Shown here: piece by piece, positions 19,528 through 29,202 of the stretch
Numbering within the stretch: position 1 is the first letter of the stretch
Layout: the number at the start of each line of letters is the position of its first letter
Source of the DNA: Eubacteriales bacterium
GTDB taxonomy: Bacteria; Bacillota; Clostridia; Oscillospirales; Oscillospiraceae
Assembly: GCA_044432725.1 (NCBI GenBank)
Contig: JAWXUL010000004.1
Coordinates: 48,536-112,535, forward strand
Reading direction: 5' to 3'
DNA: 64,000 nt
Notes under the pieces: generated by a model
Databases searched by the model: none
Seen by the model: the letters and a program-made list of their open reading frames with translations, nothing else
Told to the model about the DNA's origin: nothing
Made by a program: the position numbers and the translations under genes

Positions 19528-19705
19528 TATATTTTCCTTTCGTTGTAAAAACAACATATTTTTTTCTTTGATTGTAGCATAATAGAAAGGAAAGGTCAAG
19601 ATTGAAAGAAATCTTATCTTTCAAAATTTGAAAAATAAGGAAAAATTCCTTCTTAGTTCTCTTGTTTGCTGGAACGAGGGAGCAGAATGTGTAGAGGAGA
19701 AAGAA

Positions 19706-20371
19706 ATGAGCAGAGAAAAAATAATCATTGACAGAGAGAAGTGCGTGGGCTGTGGTTTGTGCGCAAGCACTTGTCATCAAGCAGCCATTGCCATGGTGGA
19801 TGGCAAAGCGACGGTGATTGCTGAGGATATATGTGATGGTCTGGGCAGATGTTTGCCTGTTTGTCCTGTGTCAGCAATCTCGTTTTCTAAAGAAGAAAAA
19901 AAGATAGACAGAGAAATCTCTGTCTCCTGTCCAAGTATATCAGAAAAAATCATAGAGCCACCTGAAACAGATGGGGAAAAAGGGTCGCCTTCAGCGTTAA
20001 AACAATGGCCCTTACAAATTAAATTAGTACCCACAAAAGCACCCTATTTTGAAAAAGCCCCCTTGCTTGTGGCTGCAGATTGTTCTGCTTTTGCCTATGG
20101 AAATTTTCATCAGGAATTTATGAAAAACAAAGTGACCATCATTGGCTGTCCTAAATTGGACGAAGTAGATTACTCTATGAAATTAACGGAGATATTGGCA
20201 GAAAACGAGATCAAATCTGTGACAGTGGTACGCATGGAAGTCCCTTGTTGTGGAGGCATCGAGAATGCAGTGGTAACAGCTTTGAAACACAGTGGGAAAA
20301 TGCTTCCCTGTGAGGTGGTAACACTGTCTATTGAGGGGCAGATATTAGGAAAATCAATCAGAAATTGTTAA
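19706..20371 (+). CDS. 4Fe-4S dicluster-domain protein
   Basis: CVGCGLCASTC and CDGLGRCLPVCP ferredoxin motifs, then a Cys-containing C-terminal domain (AADCSAFAY, GCPKLD, EVPCCGG). Start at ATG 19706 after GAGGAG. Divergent from the Crp/Fnr gene. Confidence 0.75.
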   Translation: MSREKIIIDREKCVGCGLCASTCHQAAIAMVDGKATVIAEDICDGLGRCLPVCPVSAISFSKEEKKIDREISVSCPSISEKIIEPPETDGEKGSPSALKQWPLQIKLVPTKAPYFEKAPLLVAADCSAFAYGNFHQEFMKNKVTIIGCPKLDEVDYSMKLTEILAENEIKSVTVVRMEVPCCGGIENAVVTALKHSGKMLPCEVVTLSIEGQILGKSIRNC

Positions 20372-20484
20372 GGAACACTGATTTTGCTGATGTTCAGAGA
20401 TATTTTGATAAAAAAATAAGGAATCCAAAAAGGATTCCTTACTTTATCAGTATACTTGGCTACTTCAGAGCAAGTCAATCTGTA

Positions 20485-21315
20485 TTAATAGACTCGGCTA
20501 CTTTGGAGCAAGCCCATCCAAGATTGGGTATCGCTAAATCCAGTGGCGTTGTCACCTAGTAATGCAGTAACATCACTTGCTACAGCGTCTGATTCTGCTA
20601 AAAAGGCTTGCAAATCAAAGCTTTCACTGCTGTCCTCGTCTGTATTCACATTAGGGGTGGCACTGGCTGATGTATTGGCGCTACTTGATTCAGCATCTGC
20701 TGTTTCACGATATTGAGCAAGCCAAGCTGAGGGATCATAAGTTTCCGTATTTTCTGGGTCAGTGGGGTCTGCTACTTCGGGTTCTGCTGGAGTTGTCACC
20801 TCTGGAGCAGAGGCATCTGGTTCTGTGGGAGTTGTCGCTTCTGGGTCTGCCACTTCTGGTTCTGGATTTACTTCAGGAGTGCTTGTAGAGCCAGCTGAGC
20901 CAGGACCGATTTCGTTGGGATTGGGATTAGCCTTTTCATCACGATAGGCTTTCAGCCAAGCTTCTGGGTCATAGGTTTCCATATTGCTGGCATCTGTGGG
21001 GTCAATCAGCTCCTCTGGAATGGCTGCTTCTGGGGCTTGGTCGATTTCGGGCATCACAGTGGGAGAACCATAGGTTCCATCCATGTTGTCCACTTCTGGT
21101 TCGTCGCCCACCACCAAATCAGATGTAGTCGCCATGCTTTCCAGATAGTCCAGACCCTCTTGGGAGGGGGTATAGCTGTCATATTTGGGCGCTACTTTTT
21201 CAGGAGCCTCTGTTTGGGGATTTCCCTGAGGGGCTTGTCTCACAGGGGAGACAGGGGAAACTTTGTTCATGCCTTGTACGGAGTTCATGTTATTTTGTAA
21301 TCCTAATAAATTCAT
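20485..21315 (-). CDS. acidic, Pro/Glu/Thr-rich low-complexity protein (function unknown)
   Basis: About 276 aa from ATG 21315, with a strong RBS (AAAGGAGGG). Internal repeats ETYDPEAWLKAYRDE / ETYDPSAWLAQYRET and PEVADP. No signal peptide seen. Confidence 0.55.
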   Translation of the reverse strand: MNLLGLQNNMNSVQGMNKVSPVSPVRQAPQGNPQTEAPEKVAPKYDSYTPSQEGLDYLESMATTSDLVVGDEPEVDNMDGTYGSPTVMPEIDQAPEAAIPEELIDPTDASNMETYDPEAWLKAYRDEKANPNPNEIGPGSAGSTSTPEVNPEPEVADPEATTPTEPDASAPEVTTPAEPEVADPTDPENTETYDPSAWLAQYRETADAESSSANTSASATPNVNTDEDSSESFDLQAFLAESDAVASDVTALLGDNATGFSDTQSWMGLLQSSRVY

Positions 21316-21625
21316 AATGAACCCTCCTTTCAAAATATTGCTATACTATATTATACCACAAGAAAGCAGTATAAAAACAAAAATAGGGTGAATGGTCGAA
21401 AATCAGGGGCGAATGGTTCTTTTAAAATTTTCTCCAATCACTTTTTCAAATAAACTCGTAGAAATATTTTTATCGCTGTTATGATATGGATTGATTCTTT
21501 CGTGGTATTCCCACTGTTTTACCAAGGAGTGTGAGGAATTCTGTTCTTGAATTGTGCTGTGAAATGTGGTAAAGTAGAGAGACAGGGTCTTGGATTGAAA
21601 CTCAGCAGAGAAAGGAGTGGGAAGG

Positions 21626-22900
21626 ATGGCTGAAATCGCTCATTTTTTAAACTTTTTCACTAAATTATTCTATGGTGCCCATTTGGCACTTGCTTTTTCA
21701 GGCGTAACTATAGTAAAAAACAAAAAAGACTACTGTTTCATTATGCTTCTTTTGGTGTTATTGCAAAACCTTAGCTACTTTTCCGTTGGAGAAGGATTCA
21801 CTGTGGAAATTTATCCTTTTTTAATTCACCTACCACTGATTTTATTCTTATATCTCAAAGTGAAAGTCCCCTTTTTTCACAGCGTATTTGCCTTAATTCT
21901 TGCCTTTCAGCTGCTTTCCTGTCGAAACTGGTCAGCAGTATTTTGCGGCTATTTTACAGGAAATACACAAGTGGCAAGAGACTTCGCTGCAACGATTCTC
22001 ACTGTGCCTCTGGCTTTTCTCTTTGGGAAATATCTTGCCCCTCCCGTTGCAAAGCTGAAAGGGGAGGGGAAAATCATGGCACTGTTGTCCATTGCCCCCA
22101 TCAGCTATTACGTATTTGTTTATACTTTTAAAGTCTATGAAATTTTTTCAGAAGAAAATACACAAGAGATTCTGAATTTTGTAGAGGCATGGAGCGTCTT
22201 TGCTTTTTTGGTCTATTTTTTATTTTCCTTGTATCTTTTTGAAGAAAAAAGGAGAAGCGATATAGAGCGAGCTGTCCTACTTAATATGCAAAATCAGTCA
22301 GAAATAGAGCTGAAACGCCTACATTCTCAATACGAAAAGGAGGAAATGCACAGACATGATATGCGACATCATGGAAATTACATTCTCTCATTGTTACCAG
22401 AGGAGAGTGGGGAGAAAGCAAAAGTCTATATCCAATCAGTGCTGATTTCCCCAAAAGAGGAGAAGAATTTATTTTGCAACAACGAAACCTTGAATTTGTT
22501 GTTACAGTTTTATCAGGAGCAAGGGAAAAAGAAAGGGATTCCCCTTGAAATTAAAGTAGAGGTGGGAGATTATTCTGGAATCTCCATGGTGGATTTGTGC
22601 TGTTTATTGTCCAATGGTTTGGAAAATGCCATGAAGGCAAGCACAGAATTGCCAGAAGGACAAAGGTTTATTTCCCTGAAAATACAATCCAAAGGGAAAA
22701 CATTGCAGATTGATCTGAGAAATACCTTCCTCACAGAGCCAGTTTTTGTTGGGGATTTACCCCATACTGATCAGGAAAAACATGGCTACGGCACAAAAAG
22801 CATGGTTGAAATATGCAAAAAATATCATGGTATCGCCCGTTTTTCTGTGATAGAGGATAAATTTTGCTTTCAAGGGGTTTTGTTCCAAGGAAAGGGCTGA
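21626..22900 (+). CDS. AgrC/LytS-like GHKL sensor histidine kinase (membrane)
   Basis: Six or so N-terminal TM helices. H-box MHRHDMRHHGNY, N-box LSNGLENAMKA, G-box KHGYGTKSM. Confidence 0.75.
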   Translation: MAEIAHFLNFFTKLFYGAHLALAFSGVTIVKNKKDYCFIMLLLVLLQNLSYFSVGEGFTVEIYPFLIHLPLILFLYLKVKVPFFHSVFALILAFQLLSCRNWSAVFCGYFTGNTQVARDFAATILTVPLAFLFGKYLAPPVAKLKGEGKIMALLSIAPISYYVFVYTFKVYEIFSEENTQEILNFVEAWSVFAFLVYFLFSLYLFEEKRRSDIERAVLLNMQNQSEIELKRLHSQYEKEEMHRHDMRHHGNYILSLLPEESGEKAKVYIQSVLISPKEEKNLFCNNETLNLLLQFYQEQGKKKGIPLEIKVEVGDYSGISMVDLCCLLSNGLENAMKASTELPEGQRFISLKIQSKGKTLQIDLRNTFLTEPVFVGDLPHTDQEKHGYGTKSMVEICKKYHGIARFSVIEDKFCFQGVLFQGKG

Positions 22901-23020
22901 GTCTCTGAAAAAGGAAAGCCCTTCCTTTTTCCATGCAAGCAAATAGGAGTCAGGTAAAATAAAAAAACCACAAAAGATAATATGGAATTGACCAATCATT
23001 TCTTTTGTGGTATATTTATT

Positions 23021-23096
23021 TGGTCCGAGTGACAGGAGTCGAACCTGCGGCATCCTGCTCCCAAAGCAGGCGCGCTACCATCTGCGCTACACCCGG
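23021..23096 (-). tRNA. tRNA-Pro (anticodon TGG)
   Basis: The reverse complement folds as a cloverleaf. Acceptor CCGGGTG/CACTCGG, anticodon loop TTTGGGA, T-loop GTTCGACT, encoded CCA. Confidence 0.9.
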
Positions 23097-23137
23097 ATAT
23101 TATGGTCAATCAGAAGCTTCCTCTTGACGACTTATTT

Positions 23138-23166
23138 ATTATAACACAAAAAAAATAGGATTGCAA
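23138..23166 (-). promoter_or_regulatory. sigma-A-type promoter for tRNA-Pro
   Basis: On the minus strand: TTGCAA, 17-nt spacer, TATAAT with an extended TG. Confidence 0.5.
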
Positions 23167-23262
23167 TACCCAATTTTGTATGTTACAATATTTTTTTAGA
23201 GGGGTTGTTTGTACAAAATGACCAAAAAGAAATGGATTTCCAGATATAAGGAGAATTTTAAA

Positions 23263-23955
23263 ATGAGAATGAGAAAGAAACCAAACCTTCCAGCCAGAAT
23301 GGAGAAATGCAAAAATCTTTTGCCAGAGGATCCCAAAGGAATGAAAGGAAAGTGGCAGACACTTTTTCCAGAGGCAAAAGAAATTTGGCTGGAGCTAGGA
23401 GCTGGGAAAGGGCGTTTTACAGCAGAGATGGCACAAAAGCATCCAGAAGTGCTGTACGTTGCTGTGGAACGTGTTCCGGATGCCATGGTGGTAGCCATGG
23501 AAAAGGTGGAAGAAATGTCTTTGACCAATGTGTTTTTTATCGATGGGGATGCAGCCCTCTTACAAGAATATTTTGAAAAAGAAGAAATCTCTCGGCTTTT
23601 TGTGAATTTTTGTGACCCATGGCCAGGGCAAAAACACGCACGTCGTCGGCTGATTCATGCCAATTTTCTTTCCATCTACCGTCGGGTACTAAGAGTAGGT
23701 GGAGAGGTGGAATTCAAGACAGATAATAAGGATTTGTTCGAGTTTTCCTTATTCCAATTCCCCAAAGTGGGGTATGAACTCAGTGATGTCACCCGAAATT
23801 TACATGAAAATGGGATTCTTGGTATCATGACAGATTATGAGGAAAAATTCCATCTCCAAGGACTGCCCATTCATCGTTGTGTTGGGAAAAAACTGTTTTT
23901 GGAAGAAGAGCCAGAAATTGTTCCCATCTACACAACTGCTCCTCCTGAAAATTAA
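23263..23955 (+). CDS. trmB: tRNA (guanine-N7)-methyltransferase
   Basis: LELGAGKGRFTAEMA SAM motif, FVNFCDPWPGQKHARRRL block. Start at ATG 23263 after AAGGAG. Confidence 0.9.
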   Translation: MRMRKKPNLPARMEKCKNLLPEDPKGMKGKWQTLFPEAKEIWLELGAGKGRFTAEMAQKHPEVLYVAVERVPDAMVVAMEKVEEMSLTNVFFIDGDAALLQEYFEKEEISRLFVNFCDPWPGQKHARRRLIHANFLSIYRRVLRVGGEVEFKTDNKDLFEFSLFQFPKVGYELSDVTRNLHENGILGIMTDYEEKFHLQGLPIHRCVGKKLFLEEEPEIVPIYTTAPPEN

Positions 23956-23989
23956 ATGGTGGAATTTGTGAAAAATATGAAGAATTTCC

Positions 23990-24018
23990 TTGACAATAGA
24001 AGAAAATTGTGATATTCT
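23990..24018 (+). promoter_or_regulatory. sigma-A-type promoter of the MCP gene
   Basis: TTGACA, 17-nt spacer, TATTCT. Confidence 0.45.
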
Positions 24019-24077
24019 ATCCCAGACGAAGCATAACGTGAAAAAATTATCAAAATAATAATCGTCAGGAGAAAACG

Positions 24078-26207
24078 ATGAAATTTATCCGTAGTAGCCT
24101 AATTCGTAAAATTGCCATTGCCTCTGTACTGAATCTTTTCCTTGCTTGTATTGTGATTATTGTCATGGGTGCAACCACATTGTCCAGTAAAATGAGTACT
24201 GCCATTCGACAAGAAATGGCAAGTTCAGCAAATACAATGGCATTAGAGATTGAACAGGTGTTCAGTTCGGTGGAGGCGATTGTCAGTAATATTTATCACG
24301 CTTCGGAGACAGCCTTTCATGATCCTGATGTATACGTGGCACAAGAAGGTGTGGAAAGTACTGTTGTCTCAGGGGTTGAAATCTCTATGCCTATTCATGA
24401 TTTTGAGCAATTTACCATCAAAACCATGGTGAATGCCTTGCAGTATAGCCAAGATTTAGCGGGTATGGGGATTCTCTTCGAGCCAAATGCTTTTTGGAAT
24501 GGGGTTCAAAATTATTCTATTTATGTGACAGCAGGGATGGCAGCAGAGGACGTAAGCCACTTCTTAGATTATAATGATTTTAGTGGACTAAGCTACTACT
24601 CTACCAGTAAAACCACAGGGCAAAGCTATGTGACTTCTCCTTATCTAGAAAATAATGTGATGGTTGTCACTTTGTGTCAACCCTTTTATAACAAAAATAA
24701 TCAGTTTCTAGGTGTCATCGGTGCAGATGTTTCTGTAGATCATTTTGGTGCCTTTTTGATGCAAAATAGTGAATACCCCAGCATGGAATCCTCTATCTTA
24801 GATTATAATTATAATCTTGCTTACAGCACACGAGAAGGCTTGAACTTTGGAGATGCTCTGTCAACCATTGTGTCAAATACCAGTGATTTGTCTGAAATTA
24901 AAAGTCTCATGGGTAAGGGGGAGGCATTTGACTATACAGCAAAGGATGCCATAGGGGAGAATGTCACACGCTTCTTCCAACCAATCCACGTGGGGAATTA
25001 TACTTGGTGGGCAATGACTTCCATCAATAACAGTGATATGAACGCTTCTACTGTAGAAAGTGTGACACAGCTGATTGTGGCTTCTCTTGTGATGCTTGGT
25101 TTTTCTGTGCTCTTTCAAGTGGGACATTTGCAACGTACCCTATCCCCAATCAAAAAAGTGGTGGGGGCAGCAGAGGACATTTCAAAGGGCAATCTTCACG
25201 TAGATCTGTCTGTGAAGACAGGAGACGAATTGGAGTTACTAGGAAACTCTTTCTCTGGCATGGCGAAAGCTTTGCAAGGGATGGTGGCAGATATCAAAAA
25301 TGTCCTACGCCAAGTATCCCTGAAAAATTTAGATGTAGAGCCCAATGCTGAATATGTGGGAGATTTTGCTGAAATCGAAACTTCCATGTCCAGTATTGTG
25401 GAAACTATGAACAATATCATTACAGAAATTCACATTTCTTCTCAACAAGTGGCAGCAGGGGCAAGTAATGTGACAGATGGCTCGATGGTGCTGAGCCAAG
25501 GTGCCACAGAACAAGCAGAAACCATCAAAATTCTGTCTAATAACGTAGACGAAATCACTGAAAAAATCACCCAAAATGCTGAACATTCCACAGAGGTCAG
25601 TGACATCTTTGTACAATTAGTAGAAGATATCACAAACGGCAACGAGCGCATGAAAGAAATGATTCAGGCGATGGGTGACATCTCTACCAGTTCTGAAGAA
25701 ATTGGTAAAATCATGAAAACAATCAATGAAATTGCCAGTCAGACACGGATTCTTGCACTAAATGCTTCTGTGGAAGCTGCCAGAGCAGGCGAAGCAGGGA
25801 AAGGCTTTGCTGTGGTGGCTGGGGAAGTGCGTACACTGGCACAGAAATCAGCAGAAGCTGCCAAGAATACCACTGAACTCATTGAAAACTCGGTGTCAGC
25901 AGTGCGTCGTGGTTCTGAATTGGCTGGTTCTACCCAAGAATCCTTGAACGTGGTGATTGAACAAGCAGAACGCACCTCTGTGTTGATTTACGATATTACA
26001 AAAGCCAGTCGTGACCAAGCAGATGCAATCCAAGAAATTACATCAGGGATTCACGAAATCACGGGTGTGGTCGGTAATAACAGCTCTGCTGCAGTGGAAA
26101 GCGCTGCCGCCAGCGAGCAACTCCTTGCTCAATCAGAAACCCTTCAAGTTATGGTCAACGAATTCCAGTTGAAAGAAGACGAAAGTAAAGGCCACGCAAC
26201 CTTTTAA
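24078..26207 (+). CDS. methyl-accepting chemotaxis protein (Cache-like sensor, HAMP, MCP signalling domain)
   Basis: 709 aa with two TM segments flanking an extracytoplasmic domain. Conserved signalling hairpin [41 protein letters not shown]. Confidence 0.92.
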   Translation: MKFIRSSLIRKIAIASVLNLFLACIVIIVMGATTLSSKMSTAIRQEMASSANTMALEIEQVFSSVEAIVSNIYHASETAFHDPDVYVAQEGVESTVVSGVEISMPIHDFEQFTIKTMVNALQYSQDLAGMGILFEPNAFWNGVQNYSIYVTAGMAAEDVSHFLDYNDFSGLSYYSTSKTTGQSYVTSPYLENNVMVVTLCQPFYNKNNQFLGVIGADVSVDHFGAFLMQNSEYPSMESSILDYNYNLAYSTREGLNFGDALSTIVSNTSDLSEIKSLMGKGEAFDYTAKDAIGENVTRFFQPIHVGNYTWWAMTSINNSDMNASTVESVTQLIVASLVMLGFSVLFQVGHLQRTLSPIKKVVGAAEDISKGNLHVDLSVKTGDELELLGNSFSGMAKALQGMVADIKNVLRQVSLKNLDVEPNAEYVGDFAEIETSMSSIVETMNNIITEIHISSQQVAAGASNVTDGSMVLSQGATEQAETIKILSNNVDEITEKITQNAEHSTEVSDIFVQLVEDITNGNERMKEMIQAMGDISTSSEEIGKIMKTINEIASQTRILALNASVEAARAGEAGKGFAVVAGEVRTLAQKSAEAAKNTTELIENSVSAVRRGSELAGSTQESLNVVIEQAERTSVLIYDITKASRDQADAIQEITSGIHEITGVVGNNSSAAVESAAASEQLLAQSETLQVMVNEFQLKEDESKGHATF

Positions 26208-26225
26208 TCAAAAGTAATCATAATG

Positions 26226-26267
26226 ATACCTCCACTTAAGAACATTTCTGAAGTGGAGGTATTTTTA
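26226..26267 (+). terminator. rho-independent terminator after the MCP gene
   Basis: ATACCTCCACTT-loop-AAGTGGAGGTAT followed by TTTTATG. Confidence 0.75.
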
Positions 26268-26412
26268 TGTTCTAAATCTTTGTATTTCCACATATTTTAG
26301 GAAGAGACTTGTCATAAGTGGTCTAATCCCTGTTCTATTTACACTTATTATTAGGAATAGAATTGGGATTGGATATATGTATGAGATGATTATTTGAACA
26401 GGAGGAAATCAT

Positions 26413-28245
26413 ATGTGTGGGATAGCAGGAGAAATAGACTTTTCAGGGAAAGAGAGAACAAAGGACGAGGTTTTTCTCGCCATGAAAAACAGTCTTCGCC
26501 CTCGTGGTCCTGACCAAGAGGGCTTGTATGAAAAGGGAAAAGCAACTCTGATTCACAGCCGACTGGCAGTGGTGGATTTAGAGGGAGGGATGCAACCACT
26601 GACAAAGCACTATCAAGGGGAAGAATATACCTTGGTTTATAATGGGGAGCTGTATAACACAGAAAACATTCGCTGTGATCTCCTTGCCTGTGGTCACAGC
26701 TTTCTGGGCTACGGAGATACAGAGGTGCTTTTGACGGCTTTTATCCAATGGGGGGAGGGCTGTTTGGCTCGGCTGAATGGTATTTTTGCCTTTGCTGTTT
26801 GGAAAGGGAAAGAGGAAAAACTATTTTTGGCACGGGACCGTATGGGGGTGAAACCTCTTTTCTATACCTTGGTAGAAGAGAAACTGATTTTTGCCAGTGA
26901 AATCAAAGCTCTTCTTTGCCATCCAGAAATCCCCCCAAAAGTCAGCCGTCATTCTTTGGCAGAAATGCTACTCTTAGGCCCAGGCCGTCCCATGGGGAAA
27001 ACAGTGTTTCCACAAATACAAGAACTGAAGGCAGCAGAATGTGCGTGGTATTGTGGTAATACCTTTACCCCCAAAAGCTATTGGAATTTAGTAGATCGCC
27101 CTTATTCCTTTCAATTTCAAGATACATTGATGGAACTTCGTGCTTTGGTGGTGGATGCCATAGAAAGACAGGTGAGCTGTGATGTGCCTGTCTGTACCTT
27201 TTTATCAGGAGGCTTGGACAGCTCTCTCATTACAGCTGTGGCTGCTCAGACCTTAAAAAAAGAGGGGAAACAGCTTCATAGCTTTAGTGTGGATTATCTG
27301 GATAATGACAAGAATTTCACGGCGAGTAAGTTTCAACCCTCTCGAGATGATTATTACATCAATCTGGTGTCACAAGCTTATGAAACCCAGCACCATACCG
27401 TGTTATTGGATACACCACAGCTGGTTCATGCTTTAACAGCAGCCGTGGAGGCGAGGGATTTACCGGGGATGGCAGATGTGGACAGCAGTCTTCTCTTGTT
27501 TTGTCAAGAGGTGAAACAACACGCAACTGTGGCGCTGTCAGGGGAGTGTGCCGACGAACTATTCGGAGGGTATCCATGGTATAGAGACCCTGAAATTAGA
27601 GAGAGAGCTGGCTTTCCTTGGGCGCAAAACACAGCCTATCGCCTTAGTTTTCTCCAAGATGATTTTGCTTCTGCACTGGATGGCGAGGCATTGCTTGAAA
27701 ATTATTATCAAGAGACTCTTTTTGCGACCCATAAATTTGTGGGAGGGGACCCACAAGAGGGGCGCATGAAAGAGATGACTCGCTTGAACACAGACTGGTT
27801 CATGCAAACTTTGTTAGAGCGAAAAGACCGTATGAGTATGGCATGTGGTTTGGAAGTACGAGTCCCTTTCTGTGATTTTCGTATTGCAGAGCTTCTTTAT
27901 ACCATGCCTTGGGATTTGAAAGAGTATCAAGGGGCAGAAAAAGGCATCCTACGCCAAGCCATGGAGGGGTATCTTCCAGAAGAGGTGCTGTGGCGAAAAA
28001 AATCTCCCTATCCCAAAACCTATAACCCCAATTATCGCCAAGCAGTGGGGGGGATTTTGGGAGAGATCATTCGGGATTATAAGTCTCCTCTCTTAGAGTT
28101 TGTCTCCAAAGAGGCTTTGGAAAGACTGCTGACAGAAGAAAATTCTGTTCCTTGGTATGGGCAACTGATGACCACACCACAAACCATTGCATATTTTATC
28201 CAAGTCAATCATTGGTTGAAAAAATATAAGATAGAAATTACCTGA
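26413..28245 (+). CDS. asnB: asparagine synthase (glutamine-hydrolysing)
   Basis: 610 aa. N-terminal MCGIAG nucleophile, SGGLDSS PP-loop motif. Ends in TGA. Confidence 0.92.
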   Translation: MCGIAGEIDFSGKERTKDEVFLAMKNSLRPRGPDQEGLYEKGKATLIHSRLAVVDLEGGMQPLTKHYQGEEYTLVYNGELYNTENIRCDLLACGHSFLGYGDTEVLLTAFIQWGEGCLARLNGIFAFAVWKGKEEKLFLARDRMGVKPLFYTLVEEKLIFASEIKALLCHPEIPPKVSRHSLAEMLLLGPGRPMGKTVFPQIQELKAAECAWYCGNTFTPKSYWNLVDRPYSFQFQDTLMELRALVVDAIERQVSCDVPVCTFLSGGLDSSLITAVAAQTLKKEGKQLHSFSVDYLDNDKNFTASKFQPSRDDYYINLVSQAYETQHHTVLLDTPQLVHALTAAVEARDLPGMADVDSSLLLFCQEVKQHATVALSGECADELFGGYPWYRDPEIRERAGFPWAQNTAYRLSFLQDDFASALDGEALLENYYQETLFATHKFVGGDPQEGRMKEMTRLNTDWFMQTLLERKDRMSMACGLEVRVPFCDFRIAELLYTMPWDLKEYQGAEKGILRQAMEGYLPEEVLWRKKSPYPKTYNPNYRQAVGGILGEIIRDYKSPLLEFVSKEALERLLTEENSVPWYGQLMTTPQTIAYFIQVNHWLKKYKIEIT

Positions 28246-28336
28246 TTTTTCTTTGCAAAAATCTTTTTTTCTGCTATACTAGAAAAGGAATTTAAGAAAT
28301 TCTAATAGATGATATGTATCAGAAAGAGGAAAACAA

Positions 28337-28786
28337 ATGAAAAAAATTATCTTAGGTGGCGACCATGGTGGAGCCACATTAAAAAATCAAATCAAAGAAA
28401 GATTAGAAAAAGAAGGCTATACAGTGGAAGACATGGGGGTTAAGGACGAAAATACCTCGGTGGACTATCCTGTCATTGCAGAAAAAGTGGGGAAGGCAGT
28501 CCTTGCACAGGAAGGGGACTGTGGACTCCTGTTTTGTGGGACTGGTTTGGGAATATGTATTGCAGCCAATAAAGTCAAAGGGATTCGTGCTGTCACCTGT
28601 AGTGACCCTTTTTCTTCTCGTATGTCCATGGAACACAATAACGCAAATATTCTTTGCCTTGGTGGGCGAGTTATTGGGATTGAGCTTGCTTGGACTGTGG
28701 TGGAAGCCTATTTAAAAGCAGAGTTTCAAGGGGGCAGACATGGAGAACGGGTGAACTTAATTCATCAAATAGAAGAAAAAAACTAA
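28337..28786 (+). CDS. rpiB: ribose-5-phosphate isomerase B (RpiB/LacA/LacB family)
   Basis: 149 aa. GGDHGG, CGTGLGICIAANK, RHGERV blocks. Confidence 0.9.
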   Translation: MKKIILGGDHGGATLKNQIKERLEKEGYTVEDMGVKDENTSVDYPVIAEKVGKAVLAQEGDCGLLFCGTGLGICIAANKVKGIRAVTCSDPFSSRMSMEHNNANILCLGGRVIGIELAWTVVEAYLKAEFQGGRHGERVNLIHQIEEKN

Positions 28787-28802
28787 AGCTTTAAAGAAGA
28801 CA

Positions 28803-29182
28803 CACTGGGGGGATGTCTCCCCCAATGCTGTCAACGAAACAACCCTCTCAGTCAGCTAACGCTGACAGCTCTCCCAGAGGGAGAGCCAAGCCCGACACAA
28901 GGAGAGCCAATTTCCCCTGCCTCTCCCTTCGGGAGAGGTGCCGCCCGCAGGCGGCGGAGAGGGCGTTCCCCAGAGGGAGAGCCAAAAGACTTCTTTCAGA
29001 AAGCTTCTTCGGGTTCCCTTGCCTCTCCCATCGGGAGAGGTGCCGCCCGTAGGCGGCGGAGAGGGCGTTCCCCAGAGGGAGACCCAAGCCCGACACAAGG
29101 AGAGCCAATTTCCCCTTGCCTCTCCCATCGGGAGAGGCAAGGGGAAATCCTTAAGTGACAGCATTGATGTCCTCCCCCAGTG
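28803..29182. repeat. GC-rich structured intergenic element (MITE/REP-like) with ~30-bp imperfect terminal inverted repeats and ~2.7 internal ~100-bp tandem units
   Basis: Ends are CACTGGGGGG..AATGCTGTCA and TGACAGCATT..CCCCCAGTG. Internal unit CCAGAGGGAGAGCC...GCCTCTCCC-TTCG-GGGAGAGG-TGCCGCC-CGCA-GGCGGCG-GAGAGGGCGTTCC contains two stem-loops. A related copy lies at 49806..49946. Confidence 0.8.
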
Positions 29183-29202
29183 TATTCAAAAGATGAAATG
29201 GC

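Noticed and set aside
28803-29182. Possible CRISPR array
   Set aside because: The units are ~100 bp and directly abutting, with no unique spacers. The whole element is an imperfect palindrome with terminal inverted repeats, and there are no cas genes in the window.
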